64,000 nt of DNA. Origin: Tubulanus polymorphus (Eukaryota; Animalia; Nemertea). The position numbers and the translations under genes are program-made. The stretch's first letter is position 1; every line of letters starts with the position of its first letter. The notes below the pieces were generated by a model. That model made no database searches and was not told where the DNA came from. It worked only from the letters and a program-made list of their open reading frames with translations. Shown one piece after another: positions 1 through 16,747 of the stretch. Location: the NCBI RefSeq assembly GCF_964204645.1, contig NC_134028.1, positions 3,534,001 through 3,598,000 of the forward strand, written 5' to 3'.

Positions 1-21
1 GAACCCGGAAATAAAACATAC

Positions 22-43
22 CACGAGAAGCTGACAGCAACAT
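22..43 (-). CDS. Possible first coding exon of a divergent gene that leaves the window on the left (MLLSASR...)
   Basis: Minus strand reads ATG TTG CTG TCA GCT TCT CGT G, then a GTATGT donor (16-21). Lies head-to-head with PP2A across a CpG-rich promoter. Too short to identify. Confidence 0.3.
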
Positions 44-204
44 ATCGGGATATTGCGGAGTTGTAGCGATTTGGGTGACCCATCCATTGTGGCCCCTCAT
101 AGTACCCCTAAGGGTCATTTGTTCCGACGACATTTTTTCAATTTATACCGAGCGTGAAGTCTGATGTCGAACGATTTTCGCAAGTTGCTTCGATATTTTA
201 GGCC

Positions 205-430
205 TAACGCTATGGCGGCCACGACTAAAAGAGCCTGTAGAGGGCGCTGATTTACGAGCTGAGAAATATTTCAGATTTTACTAAGTGTAATTTTGAATTT
301 CATCTTTCCCATTTGTCGAAGTATACACGCATAGAAATAGGAAATAATGATTAAAAATCGCAAAAAGCTGTTTAAAAAAGAGTTTCTCGAGCTATGACGT
401 CATGCGGCACAGTGGCGGCCATTTTGCCAA
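205..430. promoter_or_regulatory. CpG-rich, probably bidirectional promoter of PP2Ac
   Basis: Full CRE TGACGTCA at 395-402. YY1-like GCGGCCATTTT at ~415-425 and ATGGCGGC at 212-219 (opposite orientation). CTCF-like CCTGTAGAGGGCGCTG at 234-249. Confidence 0.55.
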
Positions 431-570
431 AATCTTTCCTCAAATCGCTATTATTCCTCCGCCTAGATTCAACTGAAACTGCATTAACTACGCCGTCGTT
501 CAGAGCGTTTCCGACTAAATTAGCGGCGAGAGTGACCATTGAAACGTTTTATTAAAGACATTGCCTTGTC

Positions 571-4180
<3,610 letters not shown>

Positions 4181-7100
4181 ACAGCCGCGAAACGAACAAA
4201 CGTCATCGGCGTCGGTTTAGATCCACGCGGAAACGACGGTCTCGACGATGCAAGAACTTCGCTGCGGTTACGTACGTATGTCATTCCGTACGTACGCGAC
4301 ATACATCGATAACCGCAGCATTCATTCCATCTCGAGAGAACTGCAGTATCGTCGTCGTCGATGTGGAAATAAATAAACAAGCGAGATGACGACTGATGAT
4401 TGCTGAACGCGATGTGACTGCCTTCATATCACTATCTTTCATCGAAGAATTAACAAGAAGAATCACCGAACTCCCGACAAAATGTATAAAAAATAATAAT
4501 GATGAATATTATATCTATATATCCGTATCTTTTGTTTACGAATTACGAATGACCCGATAAAAACCGAATTTATTGTCCGCGCATAGAATTTTAAACAAAC
4601 GTGATAAAAGAAACGGGAAAACGTCCCGATTTTGTTTTTCGAGTTATTTTGCCTCCCGTCTGATTTCATCGGTTTTAACTTCCTCCCCCCGACCCAGGAG
4701 TAAGCAGCGATTGTCCAGGGTTCGCAACGCGCCGCGGCGTCGTTTACAACGTTATAATTCTCTATACATTTCATATATGTTTATTTGTGTATTCGTGATT
4801 ACTATTATAAAACTGTGAATGAATGAAATATTGTTGACTTTTGAACGTCAAAGAGGAGTTACCACGCGACCCGTCATTCGATGATCGGCCGTTTTAGAAA
4901 GTAGACGTTTTATAGGGTGCTAAATGTAAACTAACTATGGTGTGTTAACGTATAATTTTTCAAGTTCGTGAACCCCCGAAAATTGGAATGAATGAACGAA
5001 TTCGTCGAATTTTTCGGAAGTTGTACGTCTTAACCATAATGAGTGTTGTATCTCTGGACAATCGCTATCGGAAATGATGCATAATGTATTTTTTGTCGTT
5101 CATTACTAAATAACGTGTGTAACTTCGGAGATTGAAGTCTGCGAGAAAATGATATAAAGTTGTACACTTATAGTCGAGTTTAACCGCACAAATCGGGGTT
5201 AGGATCATTAAAAGATTTTCAGTTTGCAACATTTGCTTTTCATCCGAACCACTTGTCATTTAGAGTCTAGTTTGCTCTATTTTAGATTCAGGGGGTATGA
5301 GCTATTATTCCATGCCAGGAAACTATGAGAAAATCTCCCGCGTTAAAAAGACCGCGTAAGTTATTTATCGAAAGAGGCAACATATTTATTTTCAAATGAA
5401 TTCAGTGTGTGCTGGTGGATACCTATAATTTGTTATAATGCTTGCGTACGAACATACGCGTTCAGTTTCATGAAATAGTAAACGCTTAAAACGATTCAGT
5501 AAAGTTTGAAATGTTGTCGATACTGAAAACATAAGTACCAGCAGCAATCAAACCGAAAAATGAGTTTTAACTTTTTCGTGCAACTGACCGCCATAAGACT
5601 TGTGTCTTGTTGAGTTCACAAATACAGTTTTGTATACATGTTGTGCCAATATCGATGGCTTCTGAATTAATTCACATTTAAAACATGGTCTGTTGCATTT
5701 ATACGAGTACAACAGTATGGGGTAAGACTTGTGGGTTTGACAACTGAGCCGAACAGCTAACTTGATTTTTTTTTTTTCCATTTTAATAGAGAAAACCTTG
5801 TGTAAATTTTTCTAAATTTGTAATTATAAATAGTACAGAAGCCTTGTTCCAGTGATTGCTAGCGTGATTTCCCGCTGGAAACATGCGCGGGCAGTAAACT
5901 GACCTCGTGCTAGTGGTCGTACCACGTAGGAAATTAGTCTGGTCGCATCCACACTACCGCTAGTTAGTCCGTTCTTATTTGGCCTGTACCCAGAACTGAC
6001 CAATTTTCAAATGGACCAAACTAGACCTGTGCACTTACTCAAGGTTTTAAATCGTCTGTTATCGCTGGTCCAGCTAGACGCGACACTTCTAAAATTTAGA
6101 ATGGACCTGTCTTTTTGGGTTGGCATAAATTGGTCAGTTCTAAACTGGAATGGACCAATTTAGCACTGGCTGTGAACACTTGGTCTTTTCTAAATTGGAA
6201 TAGACTAAATTTAGACGGTATTAAATAGGGTTGTAATGTGAAGGCGGCGGTGGCTCGTGTGGAAAATGAAAATGCATGTTGTATATATGATCACTGCAAA
6301 ATGAACGTCTATTTCATTTTAATTATCGATAAGCATTACTCTGATGTGTGTATGATGTATCTTTACAGCTATGAAAAAAAGATAAGTAAAATTCAGTAAT
6401 TGTACCGGCTCTTGAGTTGAGTGTCGGTCACGAACGACCCCAATTTGTCAATGGCTGTTAGGTCTAGTTTATAAAACAAGTGATAGAAGAAGAAAGATTT
6501 TGATATATTCTAAGCCCCTGTGGTAACTTCTCATTGGTTCAATAAATTGAAAAATAAAACAACGATCACAGGTCTTATTTTACTGTTGCAATTTTTCGGT
6601 CCTTGGATTTTAGATGAGTCTCTTATGGGTACCAGTGTGTCTGAATATTATTTGAACTCAAGTTACAGCATCTCCCCCTGTTGTACCTGCAAGACTGGGT
6701 ACTTTAAGATAGACGCCACGATTAGTAAAAAACCCTAATAAATCACTGGACTCAAAATGATGTCCCATCCCACAGACAGGGTCGACAGCCAGCAGAGGGG
6801 GTGACGTCGGTAGTAGACGGGTTCGAACCTTATACCATCATCTCTGTCGTGACCCAAATGATGACCCACAGAATCAGTAACAAATACTTAAAAAACTCAT
6901 TTGATTCTAAAATATGGTTTATGTTGTAAAACTAAAAAAGATGAATTAACGTAACATGTACATATATTACAATAAAAATGTTATTGAATTTATTGATAGC
7001 GTGGTGGCAGCACCGTACGGTTCCCCGGCGGGAATTCTGTGAACTGATATAATCCGCTGCCAAAACTGTTGAAACTAGAAAATCAAATACCCAATACGAT

Positions 7101-7848
7101 ACACCAGCCAATTCGATAGTGACGGAAATAGAGTAAGCTGCCGTTAAATAGTTGTTTATATGCCAAATGTCCACCGTGTAATTAAATTAGTTCAAAGAAA
7201 TTCCACCAGGGGACCATATGGTGCTGCCACCAAGTCGCTTCAAAATCCGACGCCGTGAATTATGGATTCCCAATGTAATATGGCGCATGCTGTCCCTGGT
7301 TGCATGTAAACAAATAGCTGTCAAAACATAAATAGATATATAGATAGTGACTTCTTGCAAATCGACTCATTTCATCGCTATTTTCACGGTTAGTTAAATT
7401 TGATTGAAGAAGATAAAAAGCTTTATCTATTCATGATATATCATTGAAACAGACAATTAAGGAAGGCTACCATACTCTACTCTACAACAACAGTCTACAC
7501 CACGAAAATAAAAAAATAATTTTTCTAAGAGTCAAGAGTGACAATGTCAATGACATTTATTTTTTACTTTCATCACACTCGTCGGTAACCTGTCTGTGGT
7601 TTAGTTTCACGATTGTATATTTTCACAAACCACAGTAGGATAAGGATAAGCTCATCCGATTATAAAAGCTTTACCACAGCGCAACACAATATCGCGAAGA
7701 GAATTTGCGAAAGTGAAAATAATGCCAATTTCCATTCCCTATTAGGCCTACTTTGCTATGCCATATCAACAATCATCAATCCATGTCTAAATCATTCATT
7801 ATAATCATTGTTTAAAATACTTTTTCCAGATCAAGGATCAGCGGCAAT

Positions 7849-10800
7849 ATGGTTTATGGATATGGAGTAAGTGCAGATTATCACAATTTTATCGACCTAT
7901 CTGAAAACATGAATTTTTTGTTTTACACTTCTTTCATAATTCCGAGTAAATCATATTTGATTCAGACTGGCTTTGCATCGAATTACCCGACAAATTCCGG
8001 ACCGCCGATGCCTATGCCGAATTACAATATGGGCGGACCTTTTGGTAACGATGCTATGGGTGCGTACAGCATGCAGCAACATCCTTACTATTATCAACAA
8101 GGATATCAAGGTAAGCATCTATCTGCAATCTCCTAAAGGTTACTGTCTAAATGAGATGGTCTCTTTGTAGCTACCCGTGAACATTGTTTTGCGAATGAAA
8201 CATGAATTCAGATTTTTCTTTCAGGCTCAGCGTACACTACTGTATATTCCCTACCAGCAGCGGCGCCACAGCTGAGTTACCAAGATACAGCCCAGGTTCG
8301 TTTGTTCTTGCTTTACGTCATTACGTCGTTTGGATTTTGTTTTTCTTAGACCTACCCTATTTGAATTGTTCATACGACCTCACAGTGGGATGATATATGC
8401 AGCTAGTAGGATTTGAACCATGCTTGCCACTCAGCTTTGATAGTGAATTATCAACAAATCTTGCATTTTGTTGATAAAGAATTTGTTTTCTGCTTGAAAC
8501 AATCAGCTTTCGTTCAATGATTGGTTAAAATGTTTTTCAGCCACCTCCGCCCCCGCTTCAAATACCTGAGTCACGACGCATCCAGCAAAATGCTCTGAGT
8601 ACCAGTTTCATGGGTCAACAATCTTATCAGTTGAATTGCTATAAAAAGGTTCGTAAAAACGTTCGTGTAAAATTTACTTTGAAATGATGATGATAATGAA
8701 TTTTTCCTTGATTTAAAGTCATTGAAAATGATTTCCTCTCTTAGCTGGGTGTTTATTCCGATGACAGTGATGGAGAAGGCCTTTCTAAAAAGGTATAAAA
8801 ATTATATTCTTTCTACAGTTTCGGACTCACTCTAGAGACCATCGTCGTATTCAACTTTCAATGAGTTTTAGATAAGTTTCTATGAATTTCTGATCTGAAG
8901 GAGTAAAAATGGAAGCAGTTTGATGTCCTGCCATCTTTCATGAAAAACCTGCACCTTTTTGTCTAATGTTTTCAGCAAAAGAAAAAAGAAGAGAAGAAAC
9001 AGAGAAAGATGGAAAAGAAACGCGGAAAAAAACACAAAAATAGAAGCGATGATGAAAGAAGTGGTTCTGAAGATGAAGATGACGATGAAGATGATGATGA
9101 TGTATCCCAATATCAGGAAGATCCGGAGGTTGAAACTAATTTTTCTGTCGTTTTCAATTATCACTCTTGTATCAAGAATGATAATGATTCCAAAATATTC
9201 TATTACCTCAAAACCACTAATTGCACTGAATTCTTCACAGGAAATCAAACAAAAAGTCAATAAATTGATTGTGACCTTGGAGTCTAAACCGGATTTGAGA
9301 GAAGAAATTCGAAACAATTTCATCGACGAAATGATGCGACGACAAGACATTTCGGGAACGTTTGAGATAACGCAGGGAACGGTGCGAGCGTTTGTGAATT
9401 ACGGCGTAAACGACCCGGTTAACCTGTGGTCGCAGAAAGAACTGAAAGTTGATATAACCGATAAACCTTGGGACGCGGAAACTGATTGTGAATATCTCAG
9501 AGCAGCTATGAAAGGAGCCGGTAATATATATACTATGATTTTATGATTTGCACTAAATTGATCGAGACTTATTTTTAAGCTGCAGTTCACAACGTATGAT
9601 AGTTAGTCCATCGTAATTTGGTCTGTACCTGGAACAGACTAATTTAGAATGGGATCAAACCAGAGCTGTGCATTCATTCATACACATCAGCTTTTCAGTG
9701 GTCACCATAGATGATGCAACACTGCGGTTAAGAATGAAGTTTCTAAGTGTAAAACCCACCATATACAGAATTCAAAAGATTAAACACGAATTTTATTTAT
9801 CAAGAATTGAAATCACAAAACACAAAATTTAAACTTAGTATCTGTTCTCCGCGTCATAGTGTGGCTATTCTAGAATTAAGAATGGGCTCGTTTTGGTCTT
9901 TTCGTTTGGTCAAACTGGGTTTGATTTCTTTCTGACAGGAACGGACGAAGCTGCTATAATTCATGTTGTGGCCACACGTTGTAACAGTCAACGTCAAAAG
10001 CTGAAAGCGATGTTTAAAACCATGTACGGCAAGGTAAATCTACGTTGGCCTATTCTTTTTGACCATTAGCACTATTCGCTGCTGAGCTTATATGAAAATA
10101 CAATCAAAATGTACTATCCGTTATATAGAATTTTGGAAGATTGAAAATAAAATCTATTTATCAAGAATTAGAATAAGAAATCGAAGGACACAGCGTTTAA
10201 TACTCTCTGTAAGAGGCCATGGATCTAGTAGATATCTTTAAACCAGCTGGATCCGATGTTGAGACGAATACTGATTGTGATAATGTTTTTATTTGTAGGA
10301 TCTAATCGTCGAGTTGCGTTCCGAGTTGAGTGGTGATTTTCGTGAAGCGATCATGGCCTGTTTCGTGAAGCCCGCCGTGTATGATGCCTGGTGCGTGAAA
10401 GATGCTATTTACGTGAGTTTAAAACTCTGGTTTTTGCTTTGATTTACTCGCGACTCGACACTGTTGAATCAGTTTGGTTTTGTTTCAGGGATTGGGAACT
10501 GATGAAGATGCTTTGATCGAAGTGCTGATGACTAGAACTAATCAGCAGATTCATGATATGGGCGTTGAATACCCAGATGGTAATGTTAAACTATAATTTA
10601 TTGTTAAGCTATATCGTGAAGAGGATACACGAGTAAGTTATAAAATATCTTAATCTTCATCTTATTTTAGTGGCCAGTCCAAATAAGAAAGCGTTAAAAG
10701 GTGCTTTGTTAGAGAAAGATATCAGGGAAGATACAAGCGGTGACTTCAAACATTTACTGATTTCAGCTGTTCAGGTTGGTTGAGATTTGAGGAGTGTGAT

Positions 10801-12182
10801 GTATGTTCAAATGTCTGTTCAAAATGAATGGAGATCAAATAAGCAGCAATTGTCCGTCTGTTTTTGTTAGGGCAATCGTTACGATATCACGAGGGAAAAA
10901 CTTGAACAGGCAGTTGAAGAATTGCATACCGATGATGGAAAACCAACGGGTGAGATCGACGTGAATTCAGCTGATAATTCCTTCTGGCAGTAATACGAGT
11001 TCTACCCTGCTGTCATGTACATTACAGTCGAGCTGGATCCAAGGGGCTTTAATGAGACTTGAATAAGGACATCAAATTGCCCTTTTTCATTTTGTCAAAA
11101 AGATGATTGGTACATTTTGGGGGAGTGCACATCATATTGCCTTATTGTGAATCAAAATGCCTTTTGAGACTTGAGAATTTCTTCAAAATTAGCCCCTCCG
11201 TGTGGGAATATACCTAATATTGCCTTTTTCGACATCAAAGTGCTCTTTTGGGATGTGACAGGTCCTTCAAAATTGGTCTCTCAATTTCAATTAGTTGACT
11301 ACTAATTAAATCTCAACTGCGACCTGATGGCAAAATGTGTTAAATACAGCCGAAATGTTATCATAAGATAATTAATTTTCAGGTATTTTCCAAGTGAATT
11401 ACTATAAACTGGTAGATGTTGATAAAGCGAAGCGCGATGCCGAGCGTTTGTACAAGGCCGGTGAGAAGAAATGGGGAACGGACGAAGAGACGTTTAATCT
11501 GATCTTCTCAACACGTGATTACTACACGCTGAGAGTTATCTGGGACGAATACGTGAAAATCTCACAACGCGACATCTTAAACTCTATTGATCGTGAAACA
11601 TCGGGTGATTTCAGGAGCGGACTTAGAGCGATAGGTAGGCGTGTAATCTTCATTTAAATTTCGACGCGATTCACTCAATTTGTCACATTTCTTACTACAG
11701 TCATACTCCCTTTAGTCGATGTAGACGATCTATGAAGTAAACTATTGGGAAAAGTTAAAATGACTTATCTAATGTGACAACTTAGCTGATAATCACTCAC
11801 CCAAGACTAGCTCAGTATCAGTTCAGTGATTTTTATTTTCACTCCTATTTAAGCTATGAACATCAAGAATCGTCCGATGTATTTTGCCGAACGTTTGGTA
11901 AAAGCGATGAAAGGACTCGGAACCGATGATAAAACGCTCATTAGAATTATCATCTCAAGATCGGAGGTAATTACAATAGACCAATGGTTCATTCGTGTAG
12001 GCCCCTACACTTGATTTTGTGCATCCTGAGCTCACTTTATTCAACTCTCTGTGTAGATTGATATGGTGCAAATAAAACAATGTTTCCTCGAAATAACGAA
12101 ACAAACGTTGTGGCGCTGGTTGAAGGATGACACAAGCGGCGACTACAAGAGACTCCTGCATGCAATAGTTGGTCGAGATTAG
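7849..12182 (+). CDS. Annexin (4-repeat core) with long G/Y/P/Q-rich, Lys-rich and acidic N-terminus, ~598 aa; ANXA7/ANXA11-like architecture
   Basis: Exons 7849-7866, 7966-8110, 8225-8295, 8541-8648, 8745-8792, 8976-9128, 9241-9520, 9939-10033, 10299-10412, 10489-10579, 10671-10774, 10871-10949, 11383-11634, 11854-11966, 12057-12182 (1797 nt, open frame). Endonexin motifs [33 protein letters not shown] with acidic caps ELSG/DTSG/ETSG/DTSG. N-terminal exons are less certain than the core. Confidence 0.92.
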
Positions 12183-12648
12183 AACAATTCTCTGAGCGCA
12201 ATAGATGACCGAAGACTGGTTCTTCTGATAGAAAGTCCACAGAGGTGGATTCAGGCGCAGGATCTGAGGGTCTTACCAAGTTTCTAAGGCTGAATTAATA
12301 AAGGGTATTCTTGTAGTTCACTTTTGACAAGAAAAATACAATTTTCCAGAATTGTTGACAAAATTATGCCTTACTTCAAGTGCCCTTTTCAAATTTGTTT
12401 TTAACAAAATTTCCCTGTTGATATAATTTTCTATTAGCAGGGTTTTAAAAATTTTCTATGGAAGTGTCATAAGACCCTCTGCATCCACGCCCGGGCCATC
12501 ACAGTTGATTTTGATGTTAGATCAAGACTGTTAGATCATGTCTCTCTATTTGACAATTAATATAACTGGTAGATTAGATATTGCTTATAGTGTCACCAAG
12601 TTGCGTATAATATCTACCATATATAACAGTTTATACAATATCTTCAGT

Positions 12649-12822
12649 AGGTTTCGATTGGTTTTCACCAATTTTAGAATTCTCCTCCGGCGCATTTGTT
12701 TTGACCAGAATACTCTCTACCTATTTCGGAATTGCATAACCCGTTAAGCCGATAGTAGAGCCTGATAGAGAGTTTATAATCCGGAATCGCTAAACCAGAA
12801 TGAATCCAATCGAAACTTGCCT
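12649..12822. mobile_element. ~175-bp MITE-like repeat in annexin 3' region; second copy 31413-31593
   Basis: TIR GTTTCGATTGG / CCAATCGAAAC. Body aligns by eye along its length with the COQ7-intron copy. Confidence 0.7.
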
Positions 12823-13105
12823 TTGTAGACATGATGTTCATAATATTCTTATACTTAGTCTCACATTCGGCATATGGGTAAACATTATCTATTTCAATTT
12901 TTATCAATCCATTATTCACCGAAAATTGGCTCCGTCCATGATTTTTTCTCTTTATCATTGTTATGTTTGGTACAATGTATATATAAAATATTCTAATTTT
13001 ATATCGTTATCTCTATTTATATCAGATATGTAGCTATCTCTTTTCAACTGTGACTATATGAATTTTTACACTCTCATTTTATTCATTCGTAGATTTTTTT
13101 TCTGA

Positions 13106-13111
13106 AATAAA
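13106..13111 (+). terminator. Candidate annexin polyadenylation signal
   Basis: AATAAA at the end of an AT-rich 3' region, ~0.9 kb after the stop. Confidence 0.4.
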
Positions 13112-14970
13112 CATCTGGACATGAAAAACGTAACAAGTATTTCCTTGTCTTCAAATGGTATGGGTGCTCATTAGAATGCCGAGAATGTCAAACTCTCCCA
13201 AGTTATTCCCAGCATCACGTGAATCCGAGATATGGCTCATTAAGAGTCCATTTCCTTCTGCGGCTGCCTAAATAATTCACAATTCTCGGATATATTGCTC
13301 AGTATTGGGAAAAATGGAGAAATGCATCCTACGAAGACCATCCAGCCTGTGTTTGTCTTAATATGAGCTACTTAAAAGGAAATCGAGACAAACTACAAAA
13401 ATTTCTTTCATTAATTTAATATATATTCACTGTTATCCACTCAACAATAATATCATAAACACTGCTCCATTATAAATGCGGGCTCAAATACTGCACAGAA
13501 CAAGCCTAAAACACACAGTATGGTGTCAATGCAATTAAATGATTATAAATGCTGTTTTCATTTGAAGTGAAGTCTGAAAGATTTTTTCATCGAATAATAG
13601 TAATCAATCTTGAAATATTAAAGACCGTTCAAATTTTGTCGTTTTCCAGAAGAGAAAATGCCAGAATTTTCAATAGTTACATTCACACGTATTACAGCCA
13701 AGTGCTTTTCCCAGTGACTATGCCATGTTGGTGGTCACACATGACAGACCCGTCAGTAAATCTCCCGATCATCTCTTGTTGTTATCAATGGCAAGTCTCC
13801 AGCACTGGTTCGCAAACAAACTTTGATATCACGTGCAAGGACCCATTTGGCACTCATGCACGGTTGTTCCAGGCCAAATTTGGCATGTGCCAAAAAAACG
13901 CTCGTGTGATCGTGGCTATAATGTCAAATCAATTTATCCAATATCAGAAAAAAAGATTTTTGTAAACTTTAGGCCTAGGCCTACTAATTTATATACATAT
14001 TACACAGCCTGCCGAGTAAAGATCACTCCAAACCTCGTTGAAATATTATGCAATTAATGAGCAAATAGAATACAACTATTTTTCACCAGCAGATCAAAAA
14101 GATACTTTATACTTATGGAAGAATCAATGAAAACAAACTGGCAACCTATCACATTAAGCTACTTGACAATTTTTCATGAGTATTCAAGCACATTTTCAGA
14201 ATTTCTATATAACTGGTACAGAAAATATCGAAGAATTACAGCACGCACAGACATTCACCAATTTTCTTCATTAACCAGATAGACAAAATCAACTCGTGTA
14301 CTAGTGAGCCTTCACCTTCACAAGTGTGTTGACCAAGGTGAAATAAACATTCGCTCTGGCTGAAAATGCGTCTGACCACAAACTCTGTTCCATATCTATA
14401 TATAGTTTAACATGTGTCGTATTTGTGAATAGTATATGTTTATCATAAATATCATAGTGCAACTACTTTTTGGCATCTTATGCCTACAATACCTATAACA
14501 ATGAGTAATACAATGTACATGTATCATATAAATAGTTTAGTCTCAAATGACATAACAATATCTTATATAAACTGATGAAAAAGGGAGAGCATGGGAAAAA
14601 CGCATATGATCATCTGTGTAGTTCTGAAGAGGCTTGACGGTACTGGAAATCATAAATTGAGCTAAATGAGTATATGGCATGTGAATTTATGGTCGAGGAT
14701 GGTGGTAGAATTAACAACCAACAACCAACAATAAAGTAACCACGTGAGACGAACATGCCATACACTCATTTTAAAAGCATCTGCCCGCTTTCCATTAGCG
14801 ATATCATAAAACAAAAGGTCATCACTTCTGATCTTACACAGGAATTATCAGACTCACCGGAATATCGAGACAAGATAGAAGTGAAATGTTGCAGCAAATC
14901 AATTCTCCAGGATGAATTCAGCAAAGTTGGTTGCTGAGAGGGTACTGGTTTGGTACCTGGGCTCATCTAT

Positions 14971-15125
14971 CACAGGGGCTCGTATCAGAGTTTTAGATAG
15001 TGTAAAGACGATAATCTGTTAATCCAGTGTCTATAATGTATATGGTTATTTTATATACATTATAGACACTGGATTAACAGATTATCGTTTTTACACTACC
15101 TACAACTCTGATACAAGCCCCTGTG
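14971..15125. mobile_element. Near-perfect ~155-bp palindrome (foldback MITE)
   Basis: Arms of ~70 bp: CACAGGGGCT(C)GTATCAGAGT...CGATAATCTGTTAATCCAGTGTCTATAATGTATAT versus its reverse complement, with a ~10-nt loop. Confidence 0.8.
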
Positions 15126-16747
15126 TCATTTATGGCATTCAAATAGATTCAATTTGTTATTGGGAGGTGAAAATAGCAAAATTTAAGTTGAAGTTCGATA
15201 ATTTTTGCCCGCAGAATGAAATATGATCCATTATACATTATACAGACCACTAGAGACATGCTATGAGACATTTTTCAAATATCTTCACATACGAAAAATA
15301 GTGACACCACACAAAATATACTGAAACACGCGTCACACTCGTGTACAAAATAGTTCTCTTTTTTATGAAGTATTTCTCACTGTTAACCGTTAAATGCGAC
15401 ATCATTTTACATCATCATAAAATATCATCATAGAATTATTGCACTTTCAATACATAATAAATATAACTACTATTTCTACACAGTTTTAACACCAACAAAT
15501 TTTTTTCCATCAATTTTCCAGGGTATTCGTTATATTCAAATATATACTACTATACTATTGATACATATAATGATATATCAGATGACATCGTAGTAATTTT
15601 TTTTACTTGCTAATTAGCACACTTCATTAATTAGTTACTTGGCACATAATGTGTATATCATATATGTACAGCGATAACAACAATAATGCTTGCACATAGT
15701 GGGCGCAGACCCGCTGAAAAAACATTCGCAAGGTTTTACATGCTTATACCTATCATAGCATGGTTTATACCTATACTCAACTTAAATGAAATGCTCTTAC
15801 CATATTCTCTAGAGTAATTCTTCCTTAGACCATGAAGCATTTTGTTTCTCTCAGACCGAAGCAAGAGAATGTAGCAATACGCAACCCGTGATTTTTGGTA
15901 TCTCGAGTCTGTCGATAATAACAGAAACAAACAACACATTACACCATACTCTTTTATCGTGTAACTATAGTAAATGTAAGTGTGCACATGCACATACCAT
16001 ATATGTACAACCAAATACACATTTTTGACACAACTGATACCGTAAACATGTATCATACAATTCTACATACAGAAACTCAACTAAAATTGTACATAGTATC
16101 GAAACCACGCATTTATACCACTTCACATGTCAAACCATACTTTATACATGAATTCAACGCATTTGCCTTTTTTCTCTAGAAATGCTTTAATGCCTAGTCT
16201 GTTGGATAAAAATACCCTCAGCTCATGACTCAGATAATGGTAATGACTGTACCACCCATATCAACTTTTTCAATACCAGGCAGCAGGATGCATCAATACA
16301 GCTCTGAAGCCTTTATATAATCCATTGCTATAACCATTCTATGGCTATATCCATAAATCTATCAATTATTTCAAATGAAGCAAAAATAGAAAATACAGAC
16401 AAGCCTATGTAAATCGCATCGAACACTTTTTCAAACAATTTCAAAAATCAGTCAACAAGAACTCACTGTGAATCATGAAATAGATCAAATTATGGCCAAC
16501 AAATAACGAGACTCGCCTTAACCACCGGTTGAGCATTGGTGAAAAATCAAATTGAGCGAGCATTTAGAACACTCTGTGAATGGCAAATAACTAGACAAAA
16601 AGTACCTAGTACTGCAGATCATCGAGTTTGTCTCGTTTTGTACAAGCAGTCTGCGCGCGCGAGTGAATGCGATGTTCTGCTGACGTACTTCTCATCGGTT
16701 TCATGTAAGAGACAGTCTCCGCGATACTGACCACATTGATCGCTCGT

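Noticed and set aside
8880-9546. 195-aa (+) and 156-aa (-) ORFs as independent genes
   Set aside because: Read-through of annexin exons and intron, and the antisense shadow of a purine-rich exon.
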